64,000 bases of DNA from Nitrospinales bacterium (GTDB lineage Bacteria > Nitrospinota > Nitrospinia > Nitrospinales > JAJDAT01). This document shows positions 1-7,622 of the stretch, piece by piece. The position numbers and the translations under genes are program-made. The stretch lies in NCBI GenBank assembly GCA_046757665.1, contig JBHHYO010000001.1, positions 1 through 64,000 on the forward strand, written 5' to 3'. The notes under the pieces are model-generated. The model had not been told where the DNA came from, made no database searches, and saw only the letters and a list, made by a program, of their open reading frames with translations. Position 1 is the first letter of the stretch, and each line of letters begins with the position of its first letter.

Positions 1-426
1 GAAGCCTATTTAAACGGAATTGCCTGGGAATATGTTTCACAAAACACATCTTTAGATGGTTTATCGAAAAACGAGCAAAACTTAATCCGAGATAGTAGCC
101 AAGTGTCTCTTCGAAAGAAGATAATAAAATATCCTGAAATAATTTCCGGCAAGCCCCTTTGGGATGATGATGAACCAGATGTTAAAAAGTTCCTGGAAAC
201 CATGAAGCCGTTTAGAGACTCCTTGGTTCACCCTTCTCCTTTTTCAGTGACAGAAAAGTTCGGAGGTTATGACAAGTTAAAAATCATTTACCGTTTGGAC
301 CTTAAAGAGGCAAAAGAAACGGCAAAAATGGTCTTCAAACTTATTTCAAAAATCCACTTTCATATTAAGGGAGAAAACGCTGAAATTCCAAAGTGGTTAG
401 ACCGTTTGCAAACGTCAATTAAATAA
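1..426 (+). CDS. Partial (5'-truncated) AT-rich hypothetical protein with a HEPN-like RxxxxH motif
   Basis: Frame is open from base 1 (EAYLNGIAWEYVSQ...) into the listed 103..426 ORF and contains FRDSLVHP. AT-rich compared with neighbouring genes. Confidence 0.6.
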   Translation, partial: EAYLNGIAWEYVSQNTSLDGLSKNEQNLIRDSSQVSLRKKIIKYPEIISGKPLWDDDEPDVKKFLETMKPFRDSLVHPSPFSVTEKFGGYDKLKIIYRLDLKEAKETAKMVFKLISKIHFHIKGENAEIPKWLDRLQTSIK

Positions 427-452
427 AAATTTTGACCTTAGCTTTCCTAACA

Positions 453-513
453 TGACCTTTCCCCCGAATTAGTAGACACTTAGTTAAGTAGCATTAGTCC
501 GTTTTTCAAACTC
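453..513 (-). mobile_element. Probable IS3-family right-end remnant
   Basis: Minus strand reads ...EFEKRTNAT-TAA then CTAAGTGTCTACTAATTCGGGGGAAAGGTCA. This resembles an IS3 OrfB C-terminus followed by a terminal repeat ending in CA. Confidence 0.45.
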
Positions 514-1278
514 ATGGATAGAAGCCCCAAAGACGATCTTTTCGCCCGTGCCGGGGAGGGCGTCAAGTTTGAGTTCAACACTGCCGTGGCGCGGGTGTTC
601 GACGACATGCTGGCGCGCAGTGTTCCTCATTATGAGGAATGCCGGCAAATGGTGTTGCAACTTGCCGCGCCCTTCTGCCGCGCCGGCGCGAACGTTTACG
701 ATCTCGGATGCTCCACGGGCTCCCTGTTGCGGTTGCTGGCGGAAAACCTTCCGCAGTCCGTGCGCCTGACCGGGCTGGACAATTCCGCCGCCATGTTGCA
801 AAAAGCCCGGGAAAAGCTGGAGGCCGAGGGAACATCGAACCGGTGCCGGCTCATCGAGGCCGACCTGGAATCGGACTTTCCCCTGGACAACGCCGACGCG
901 GTGATCATGAATTACACGATGCAGTTCATCCCGCCGCCCGGCCGCGCCGCGCTGGTCGGAAAAATTTTTCGAGCCCTGAACCCCGGCGGCTGTTTCATCC
1001 TCATCGAAAAGGTGAGGAGCGAGAGCCCCGGACTGGACCGCGTTTTCGTGGACCTGCACCACCGGTTCAAGCGCGGCCAGGGATACTCGCAAAACGAAAT
1101 CGCCCAAAAACGCGAGGCTCTGGAAAACGTGCTGATCCCCTTTACCGAGGAGCAGAACAAGGCGCTTCTGCGCGCCGCGGGTTTCACTGCTGTAGACACC
1201 TTTTTCCGCTGGTTCAATTTCTCCGGCCTCATTGCCGTCAGGCAACGCCTGGAGAAAGATGCGCCGGCGCCGAACTGA
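514..1278 (+). CDS. cmoA: Carboxy-S-adenosyl-L-methionine synthase
   Basis: FEFNTAVARVFDDMLARSVPHY, YDLGCSTG, NYTMQF, GYSQNEIAQKREALENVLIP and WFNF motifs. Confidence 0.93.
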   Translation: MDRSPKDDLFARAGEGVKFEFNTAVARVFDDMLARSVPHYEECRQMVLQLAAPFCRAGANVYDLGCSTGSLLRLLAENLPQSVRLTGLDNSAAMLQKAREKLEAEGTSNRCRLIEADLESDFPLDNADAVIMNYTMQFIPPPGRAALVGKIFRALNPGGCFILIEKVRSESPGLDRVFVDLHHRFKRGQGYSQNEIAQKREALENVLIPFTEEQNKALLRAAGFTAVDTFFRWFNFSGLIAVRQRLEKDAPAPN

Positions 1279-1359
1279 TTCAGGGCCACATGCCGGAGCC
1301 CGGTGGGCCTTGCCCGTCCGGCGAAACTGATGTATCCTTGTTTCCATTGGGAGGATGCC

Positions 1360-1542
1360 ATGCCACATTACGATCATTCCTGCCTGGAATGTAAAAAAGA
1401 CTTCGTAGTGGAAATGAAAATCTCCGAAGTGGACAAGAAGGAAGTCGTGTGCCCGAAATGCGGTTCCAAGCAGGTGCGGCGCAACGTAACCAACAGTTCC
1501 TTCACCTCGGAAAGCGTCAACCGCTACGTCTGGGACAAATAA
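1360..1542 (+). CDS. FmdB-family zinc-ribbon protein
   Basis: MPHYDHSCLEC...CPKCGS (two CxxC pairs); GGAGG SD upstream of ATG 1360. Confidence 0.85.
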   Translation: MPHYDHSCLECKKDFVVEMKISEVDKKEVVCPKCGSKQVRRNVTNSSFTSESVNRYVWDK

Positions 1543-1557
1543 ACCGCGCGCCAAGAA

Positions 1558-2682
1558 ATGCCGACGACCGTCAAATCAATCCCCAAGCCCGTCCCCGGGA
1601 AAATCGCCGAATGGGTGCGGTTCCCCTTGCAACGTATTCACGTTGAATTGACCAACGTGTGCAACTTCGACTGTACTTTCTGCCCCAAACAGGAGATGAC
1701 GCGCAAGTACGAGTACATGGACTACGACCGGGTCATCGGCATCGTCGACCAGGTCGCCGAATACAACCTTGCGGAAAAAATCACCTTTCACGTGATGGGT
1801 GAACCTTTCATGCACCCGAGGTTTTTCGATATTCTCGATCACGCGCACCGGAAAGGAGTCGGCACGGGTATCACCACCAACGGCACTTACCTCGATGCGG
1901 AAATCGCCGAAAAACTGGAGTCGGTCCGGGCGACGCAGATCAACATCTCCCTGCAAACCCCCGACGCGGAATCGTTCAAGACCCGCAAGGCCCGGAAAAT
2001 GGATTTCGAGGAATACAAGCAGAAGATTCTGGAGTTCATCGGCCGTTGCCTGAAACAGGAAAACCCGCCGAAAATCAAAATCCATTTCCTCAACACCAAG
2101 TTTGCCTCCGAGGTTCCCGGCGAGGACTGGACCCTGGGCACCATGAACGTCCTCGGCAACACCCCGGAACTGCAACGCACCTTCACCTACTGGGCGGAGG
2201 CGATTCATGAACTGTATCCGCGCAACGGCGGCTTGGAGCGCGTCCGCGACAAGATCAAAAAACTCTCGGTCTTCAAATGGAACGTCGTCGAAGTGCTACC
2301 CAACCTCTACTTTGAAACCTACGTGCTCGACACCTGGGGAAACGCCTTCGTCGGAGACAACGTCGTGCCCTCGCGGATCGGCTATTGCAGTGCGTTGACG
2401 GACCATTTCGCCATCCTCACCAACGGCGACCTGACCTACTGTTGCAAGGACTACAACGGCCAAACGGCGGGCGCGGGAAACGTGTTTGAAACGCCCATCG
2501 TCGAAATTCTCAACTCCGACCGCATTCTGAAAGTCATCGAGGGGTTCCGCAATTTCAAGGTGGTTGATCCCTATTGCCAAAAATGCCTGGGAGGAAGCAC
2601 CTGGTTGAAATCCATGGGCAACCGGCTGGGTTCCATCCTGATCTGGAAATACCTCAAGGATTTTTTCTACAAGAAAAGCTGA
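1558..2682 (+). CDS. Radical SAM protein with C-terminal SPASM/twitch domain
   Basis: CNFDCTFC motif, GEPFMHP, and C-terminal YC...GDLTYCCKD...CQKC. Confidence 0.9.
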   Translation: MPTTVKSIPKPVPGKIAEWVRFPLQRIHVELTNVCNFDCTFCPKQEMTRKYEYMDYDRVIGIVDQVAEYNLAEKITFHVMGEPFMHPRFFDILDHAHRKGVGTGITTNGTYLDAEIAEKLESVRATQINISLQTPDAESFKTRKARKMDFEEYKQKILEFIGRCLKQENPPKIKIHFLNTKFASEVPGEDWTLGTMNVLGNTPELQRTFTYWAEAIHELYPRNGGLERVRDKIKKLSVFKWNVVEVLPNLYFETYVLDTWGNAFVGDNVVPSRIGYCSALTDHFAILTNGDLTYCCKDYNGQTAGAGNVFETPIVEILNSDRILKVIEGFRNFKVVDPYCQKCLGGSTWLKSMGNRLGSILIWKYLKDFFYKKS

Positions 2683-2832
2683 TCATGTCCGGCCGCCTCG
2701 CCGAAGAAAGCCCTCCGTTGTTTTGTAGTATTAATACGACAAAGAATTCGAAAATTGATGATCTTGAAATCGTAGTTCAAAGGATTTTCACTGCCCCTTG
2801 GGCTCGATACAATTTGTAGTACAATGAGTAGC

Positions 2833-2954
2833 TTGCTGAAAAAGTCAATTTGATTGTCATGCTGAGCTTGTCGAAGCATCTTGCCTATTATGCAAATCAA
2901 CGGTTGAAGATTCTTCGACAGGCTCAGAATGACGTTTTGAAACTTTTTCAGCAA
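2833..2954. mobile_element. MITE-like element with 13-bp terminal inverted repeats enclosing a REP-like palindrome pair
   Basis: TTGCTGAAAAAGT (2833-2845) and ACTTTTTCAGCAA (2942-2954) are perfect inverted repeats. The interior holds GTCATGCTGAGCTTGTCGAAG and CTTCGACAGGCTCAGAATGAC. Confidence 0.65.
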
Positions 2955-2975
2955 CCAGTCTTCCTTTTAAACACA

Positions 2976-3086
2976 GGTCATTCGAGTTTCAGCATGCAAC
3001 CGAGTGTTCTTATTCCGCGAGGGTAAGACGGGCTTATCGGGAAGCTCTGACTTAGCGCTCGTTTGTATGCTGAAACCTGGATGGCC
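2976..3086 (+). ncRNA. Candidate structured non-coding RNA (family not recognised)
   Basis: Outer stems 2976-2983/3079-3086 and 2986-3007/3055-3076 pair with several G-U pairs on the + strand. They enclose two inner hairpins, one with a GCGA tetraloop. Confidence 0.4.
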
Positions 3087-3162
3087 GTTCAAGAGAACAT
3101 CCTCCAGTCTTTCCGACGTTCATCCCCGCAAAAAAAGTGAAGCCAAGGCGCGCGTTAAAGCG

Positions 3163-4149
3163 TCATGTCCTCAAATGACAGGCCGTGAAATGGCCCGTCT
3201 CCGTTTCCTTGAGTTCGGGTTCCTGTTCCTCGCAGATTTTCTCCTTGATGGGACAGCGGGGATGGAAGGCGCATCCCGACGGCGGCCCGGCGGCGCTGGG
3301 GATATCCCCGGCGATTAAAATTTTTCTGGCGCGCCGGCCGCTTTCCAGTGTCGGAACGGCGGCGAGCAGGGCTTCCGTGTACGGGTGCCGCGGCGCGGCG
3401 TACAGGGTGTCGCTGTCCGCCAGCTCCACGAATTTGCCCAGATACATCACCGCGACCCGGTCGCAAAAATGCTCCACCACCCCCATGTCATGCGAGATGA
3501 ACAGATAGGAAATGCCCAGCGCGTCCTGCAAGTCCGCCAGCAGGTTGATCACCTGGGCGCGCACGGAAACGTCCAGCGAGGAGACCGGCTCGTCGGCGAC
3601 GATGAATTCCGGATTCAACGCAATGGCGCGGGCAATGCCGATGCGTTGCCGCTGGCCGCCGCTGAACTCGTGCGGGTAGCGCCGGGCATGGTCCGGGGAC
3701 AGCCCCACCTGGCGCAGTAAATCGGCGACGCGCTCGGCCAGTTCCTTTTTGCCGGCCGCCGCCCGGTGAATGGCGAAAGGTTCCTCCAGGATGCGCCCGA
3801 CCCGCATTCTCGGATTGAGCGAGGCGTAGGGGGCCTGGAAGATAATCTGCATTTCCCGGCGTAGCCGCCGCATTTCCCCCGCCGCCAGGCGTGGCAGGTC
3901 CTTGCCCTTGTAGAGGACCTGTCCGGAAGTGGGCCGGATCAACTGCAAAACGGCCCGGCCCGTGGTGGATTTGCCGCAACCGCTTTCCCCTACCAGCCCC
4001 AGGGTCTCCCCCTTGCCCAGGGTGAACGAAACCCCGTCCACCGCTCGCAGGGTTCCCGAAGACCGGTTCAAAATGTTCCCCTTAACGGGGAAATACTTTT
4101 TCAGGTCCTTGACTTGCAGAAGAACCCGGTTTTCCGATGCGGCGGTCAA
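3163..4149 (-). CDS. Oligo/dipeptide ABC transporter ATP-binding protein (OppF/DppF type)
   Basis: GESGCGKST Walker [27 protein letters not shown] and C-terminal GCAFHPRC...ACH. Confidence 0.93.
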   Translation of the reverse strand: MTAASENRVLLQVKDLKKYFPVKGNILNRSSGTLRAVDGVSFTLGKGETLGLVGESGCGKSTTGRAVLQLIRPTSGQVLYKGKDLPRLAAGEMRRLRREMQIIFQAPYASLNPRMRVGRILEEPFAIHRAAAGKKELAERVADLLRQVGLSPDHARRYPHEFSGGQRQRIGIARAIALNPEFIVADEPVSSLDVSVRAQVINLLADLQDALGISYLFISHDMGVVEHFCDRVAVMYLGKFVELADSDTLYAAPRHPYTEALLAAVPTLESGRRARKILIAGDIPSAAGPPSGCAFHPRCPIKEKICEEQEPELKETETGHFTACHLRT

Positions 4150-4197
4150 GGCAGAACCCTCCGGCGAGTGTCACGATGTCGGTCTCTTGCCGCCGGC

Positions 4198-5163
4198 TCA
4201 GGTTTCGTGAAGCCAGCAGGCGGTTTGGTGTTGCGGGCGAATTTCCTTCAGCCCCGGTTTCCGCGTTCGGCACCGCTCCATCACCGCGGGACAGCGCGGG
4301 TGGAACGGGCAACCCTCCGGCATCTCGTTCAGGGAAGGCACACTGCCCTTGATCTCCGCAAGACGTTGCCGCCGTTTGCGCGCGTCGGCAAGCCGCGGCA
4401 GTGAGTTCAGCAATCCCTCCGTGTACGGGTGCAACGGCGACTCGAACAAATCCTTCACCGGCCCCGACTCGACGATTTCCCCGGCGTACATCACCAGAAC
4501 GCGCTGGGCGACTTCCGCGACGACCCCCAGGTCATGGCTGATCAGGATGATGGATAAATCCGTCTCCTTCTTCAACTCGTCCAACAGGCCGAGGATTTGC
4601 GCCTGAATGAGCACGTCCAGCGCCGTGGTCGGCTCGTCGGCGATCAGGATGCGCGGGTTGCACGACAGGGCCATGGCGATCATCGCCCGTTGCCGCATCC
4701 CGCCGCTCAGTTGATGCGGATACACGGACAGCCGGTCGATCTCCACCCGCCGCAGAAGGCCGGCGGCCTTGTCCCCGGCCTGACGGCGCGAAAGCGCCGT
4801 ATGCCGCAGAATCGTTTCCACGATCTGCTCGCCGATGGTGAACACCGGGTTCAGCGACGTCATCGGGTCCTGGAAAATCATGGCGATCTCCTTGCCCCGC
4901 AAGGTCCGCAGTTCCCGGATGGAGTCCGCCGGAATGGCGCGGGAGCCAAAGCGGATTTCGCCGCCGGCGATCTTGCCGGGCGGTTGCGGGATCAACCCGA
5001 GAAGCGCCATCGCGCTCACCGACTTGCCGCAACCCGACTCGCCGACAATGGCCAGGGTCTCCCCCCGGAACAGACGGTAGCCGATGCCGTTGACCGCCGT
5101 CAATTCCCCGTCCGGCGTGGAAAAAGCGACCCGCAAATTTTTGACTTCCAGCTCCGGGGACAT
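4198..5163 (-). CDS. Oligo/dipeptide ABC transporter ATP-binding protein (OppD/DppD type)
   Basis: [40 protein letters not shown] and GCPFHPRC. Confidence 0.93.
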   Translation of the reverse strand: MSPELEVKNLRVAFSTPDGELTAVNGIGYRLFRGETLAIVGESGCGKSVSAMALLGLIPQPPGKIAGGEIRFGSRAIPADSIRELRTLRGKEIAMIFQDPMTSLNPVFTIGEQIVETILRHTALSRRQAGDKAAGLLRRVEIDRLSVYPHQLSGGMRQRAMIAMALSCNPRILIADEPTTALDVLIQAQILGLLDELKKETDLSIILISHDLGVVAEVAQRVLVMYAGEIVESGPVKDLFESPLHPYTEGLLNSLPRLADARKRRQRLAEIKGSVPSLNEMPEGCPFHPRCPAVMERCRTRKPGLKEIRPQHQTACWLHET

Positions 5164-5198
5164 GATTGCGAGTGTATCACAAAACCGCCGCCCGCCCT

Positions 5199-5396
5199 GT
5201 CATGGTGAGCCCTTCGGCAGGCTCAGGACAGGTTCTGTTGAAGCATCTCGCTTCGTGTCATCGTGAGCTTGTTTGCACGTCATGCTGAGCCCGTCGAAGC
5301 ATCTTGCTTCTTTCCGCCCAACTTCCCGCGGATGTTGCTTGCCCTGACCGAACCCGCCCGCATTCCTGTCATGGTGAGCCCGTCGAACCATGACAG
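5199..5396. repeat. Cluster of REP-like palindromic repeats (GTCATGSTGAGC..GTCGAA family)
   Basis: Copies at 5199, 5279 and 5366. The 5279-5307 copy matches 2856-2884 at 27 of 29 nt, and 5366-5396 forms the hairpin CTGTCATGGT...ACCATGACAG. Confidence 0.75.
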
Positions 5397-5671
5397 CGCC
5401 TGACGGGAGCCGATTTTCGCGAAAAAAAATTTTTTGAAAAATGAGGAACGAAATAGTCGGAATGTCAGGTCATGAACCCGGCAACCCCTTGCGCCGCAAG
5501 CCGTTTCTTCGGTTGCCGGTCAGGTAAAAAATCAACGAATTTCGCGGCAAAACGCCGCAAAAACCGGATCGAAATTTTCCTGATATCCACTTGATTTTAA
5601 ACGACTTGTAAAAACTGGTTTTGGCATGTCGAACCCCGCGATTTGAAGATTAAAATTTACCATACCGAAAT

Positions 5672-5851
5672 CACCGCAAAGCCGCCAAGGACGCAAAGAA
5701 AAGCTCCCCCAAACCCCCTTCCTTGAAGGAGGCTTTTCTCTGTTCATCTGTGTTCATCCGTGTGCATCGGTGGTTAGATTTTTCTTTTCTTCGCGCCCTC
5801 TGCGCCTTAGCGGTTCAAAGCGTTTCCCGGTCTCCGGTCTCCAGTCTCCGA
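5672..5851. repeat. Nested palindromic/tandem repeats of three kinds
   Basis: Imperfect inverted pair 5672-5702 / 5785-5815 (ACCGCAAAG..CGCAAAGAAAA) encloses ATCTGTGTTC-like decamers and is followed by GTCTCCR heptamers at 5829-5851. Confidence 0.65.
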
Positions 5852-6045
5852 TTTTTATCCCCTTATATATAGCGAGAAATGCAGGTATGCTCCGACGCAA
5901 TGCTTTTTGATCCCGCGCGTTGGAAAGGGAAGGGGGGTAGGTGTTGGCCGGCCCGACAACAAACCAACCGGCCGCGCCAACATGTAGTCAAGTAGAGACT
6001 TTTTACCTGTATTCTTTTGCCGGTATTTATATCCGGGGAATTCCA

Positions 6046-6074
6046 TTGACAAGTACAATTGTACATATTAAGCT
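6046..6074 (+). promoter_or_regulatory. Sigma70-type promoter with palindromic operator for the TA operon
   Basis: TTGACA (6046-6051), 17-bp spacer, TAAGCT (6069-6074). The perfect palindrome GTACAATTGTAC (6053-6064) lies in the spacer. Confidence 0.7.
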
Positions 6075-6080
6075 GATTGT

Positions 6081-6473
6081 ATGAATATCCTGGTTGATAC
6101 CTCGGCGATTATTGCGGTTATTGCCGACGAGCCGGAGAAAGAAAGGCTTGTTGAACTAACGAACAACGCCGACCTTATTTCTCCCCAATCCGTTCACTGG
6201 GAGATCGGGAATGCGTTTTCCGCGATGCTGAAAAGAAACCAGGCAACCCTTGCGCAGGCGTTACAGGCAATGAAAATTTATCGACAAATACCGATCCGCT
6301 TGACGGAAGTGGATATAACCCATTCCCTGGAGTTGTCAAAAACGTTTAATATCTATGCTTACGATGCTTATATAATATCGTGTGCCTTGAAACACAATTG
6401 CCCCGCGGTTACTTTGGATAGAGCGCTGTTGAGGGTGTTAAAACAAGCGGGCGCGAAAACCCTGGAGGTGTGA
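6081..6473 (+). CDS. vapC: PIN-domain (VapC-type) toxin
   Basis: ILVDTSAIIAV, WEIGNA, YAYDAYII and VTLD PIN acidic motifs; 130 aa. Confidence 0.88.
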   Translation: MNILVDTSAIIAVIADEPEKERLVELTNNADLISPQSVHWEIGNAFSAMLKRNQATLAQALQAMKIYRQIPIRLTEVDITHSLELSKTFNIYAYDAYIISCALKHNCPAVTLDRALLRVLKQAGAKTLEV

Positions 6474-6476
6474 GTC

Positions 6477-6698
6477 ATGAATGTGTACACGTTTTCGGAG
6501 GCCAGGCAAAAACTGGCGGCCCTTTTGGAACGCGCCAGACGGGATGGCGAGGTGCAAATCAGGCGGCGCGACGGTCAGCGATTTGTCGTCAAACCCCTGC
6601 GGACGGCAAAATCGCCGCTGGACGTGGAGAGCGTGAATCTGAACCTGTCCACAAAGGATATCGTCAAGACAATCCGTGAAATGCGAAAAAGACGGTGA
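6477..6698 (+). CDS. Phd/YefM-family antitoxin
   Basis: MNVYTFSEARQKLAALLERARRDGEVQIRRRDG is a typical Phd N-terminus; GGAGG SD upstream. Confidence 0.85.
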   Translation: MNVYTFSEARQKLAALLERARRDGEVQIRRRDGQRFVVKPLRTAKSPLDVESVNLNLSTKDIVKTIREMRKRR

Positions 6699-6840
6699 CC
6701 GCCTGCGCGCCGGTCTCGTCAATCTCATGTTGAACGGGGCGGCGGTTTCCTTTATGCTTTTAATGTCAGTTTTCTCTCCCCCGGTCCCTTTCGTCAAGCC
6801 CGGTTCCAGGATATTCGCGAATTGAAAGTCGAGCCCGTCA

Positions 6841-7608
6841 GTGAGCACGAGAATTTTCAGTTGGAACGTCAACGGCATCCGCGCCGCCATCAACAAGGGG
6901 TTTCTGGACTGGTTCGCGGCGGAGTCGCCCGACATCCTTTGCGTTCAGGAAACCAAGGCCTTTCCCGCCCAGGTGGATGACGGCCTACTGCCGCCAAAGG
7001 GGTATGACGCGATCTGGAATTCGGCGCAACGCCCGGGGTACAGCGGCGTCGCCACTTTCGGCAAAAAAAAGCCGCGCGCCGTGCATCTCGGCATGGGAAT
7101 CGAGGAGTTCGACGTCGAGGGCAGGATGATTCGCGGCGAATACGACGGGTTCGATTTGTTGAACGTCTATTTCCCCAACGGCGCCTCCGGCACCGCGCGG
7201 CTGGATTTCAAACTGCGCTTTTACGACGCTTTTCTGGAGCATTGCGAGGCGTTGCGGAAATCGGGAAAGAAACTCATCGTCACCGGCGATTTCAACACCG
7301 CGCATCAGCCGATGGATCTTAAAAATGCCAAGGCGAACGAGAAAAACTCCGGCTTTCTGCCCGAGGAAAGGGCGTGGCTCGACAAGTTCATCGCGCACGG
7401 GTACGTGGACGTCTTTCGCGCGCTTTATCCCGAAAAGGTTCAGTACACCTGGTGGACTTACCGGTTCGGCGCCAGAGAACGCAATATCGGGTGGCGCATC
7501 GACTACTTTTTCGTGACCGAGGACCTGATGCCGAAAGTGAAGGACGCGATTATTTACGATCAGGTGCCCGGCTCCGACCATTGCCCCCTGGCGCTGGTTA
7601 TAAAATAG
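6841..7608 (+). CDS. xth: Exodeoxyribonuclease III
   Basis: SWNVNGIRA, CVQETK, GYSGVA, GDFNTAH, GWRIDYF and SDHCP motifs. Confidence 0.95.
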   Translation: MSTRIFSWNVNGIRAAINKGFLDWFAAESPDILCVQETKAFPAQVDDGLLPPKGYDAIWNSAQRPGYSGVATFGKKKPRAVHLGMGIEEFDVEGRMIRGEYDGFDLLNVYFPNGASGTARLDFKLRFYDAFLEHCEALRKSGKKLIVTGDFNTAHQPMDLKNAKANEKNSGFLPEERAWLDKFIAHGYVDVFRALYPEKVQYTWWTYRFGARERNIGWRIDYFFVTEDLMPKVKDAIIYDQVPGSDHCPLALVIK

Positions 7609-7622
7609 AAATGAGGCACGTT

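Noticed and set aside
446-489. CCTAAC...GTTAAGT as an integron attC site
   Set aside because: About 45 bp is too short, there is no internal L-box symmetry and no integrase; the IS3-end reading fits better.
1292-1335. Hairpin followed by CGAAAC/CTGATG, hammerhead-like
   Set aside because: The core CTGANGA is incomplete and the stems are not in a valid order.
5472-5519. ATGAACCCGGCAACC resembles part of a SAM-I riboswitch
   Set aside because: The upstream ATCNAGAG/GAGGGA/GGCCC elements are absent and no methionine gene follows; a simple hairpin explains it.
5199-5851. Possible CRISPR array
   Set aside because: Repeats are irregular and inverted with no uniform spacers, and there are no cas genes.
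7374-7622. N-terminal ORF-track extensions (also 25085, 28970, 51798, 52868, 36714)
   Set aside because: They overlap upstream genes; family motifs begin at the later starts used here.
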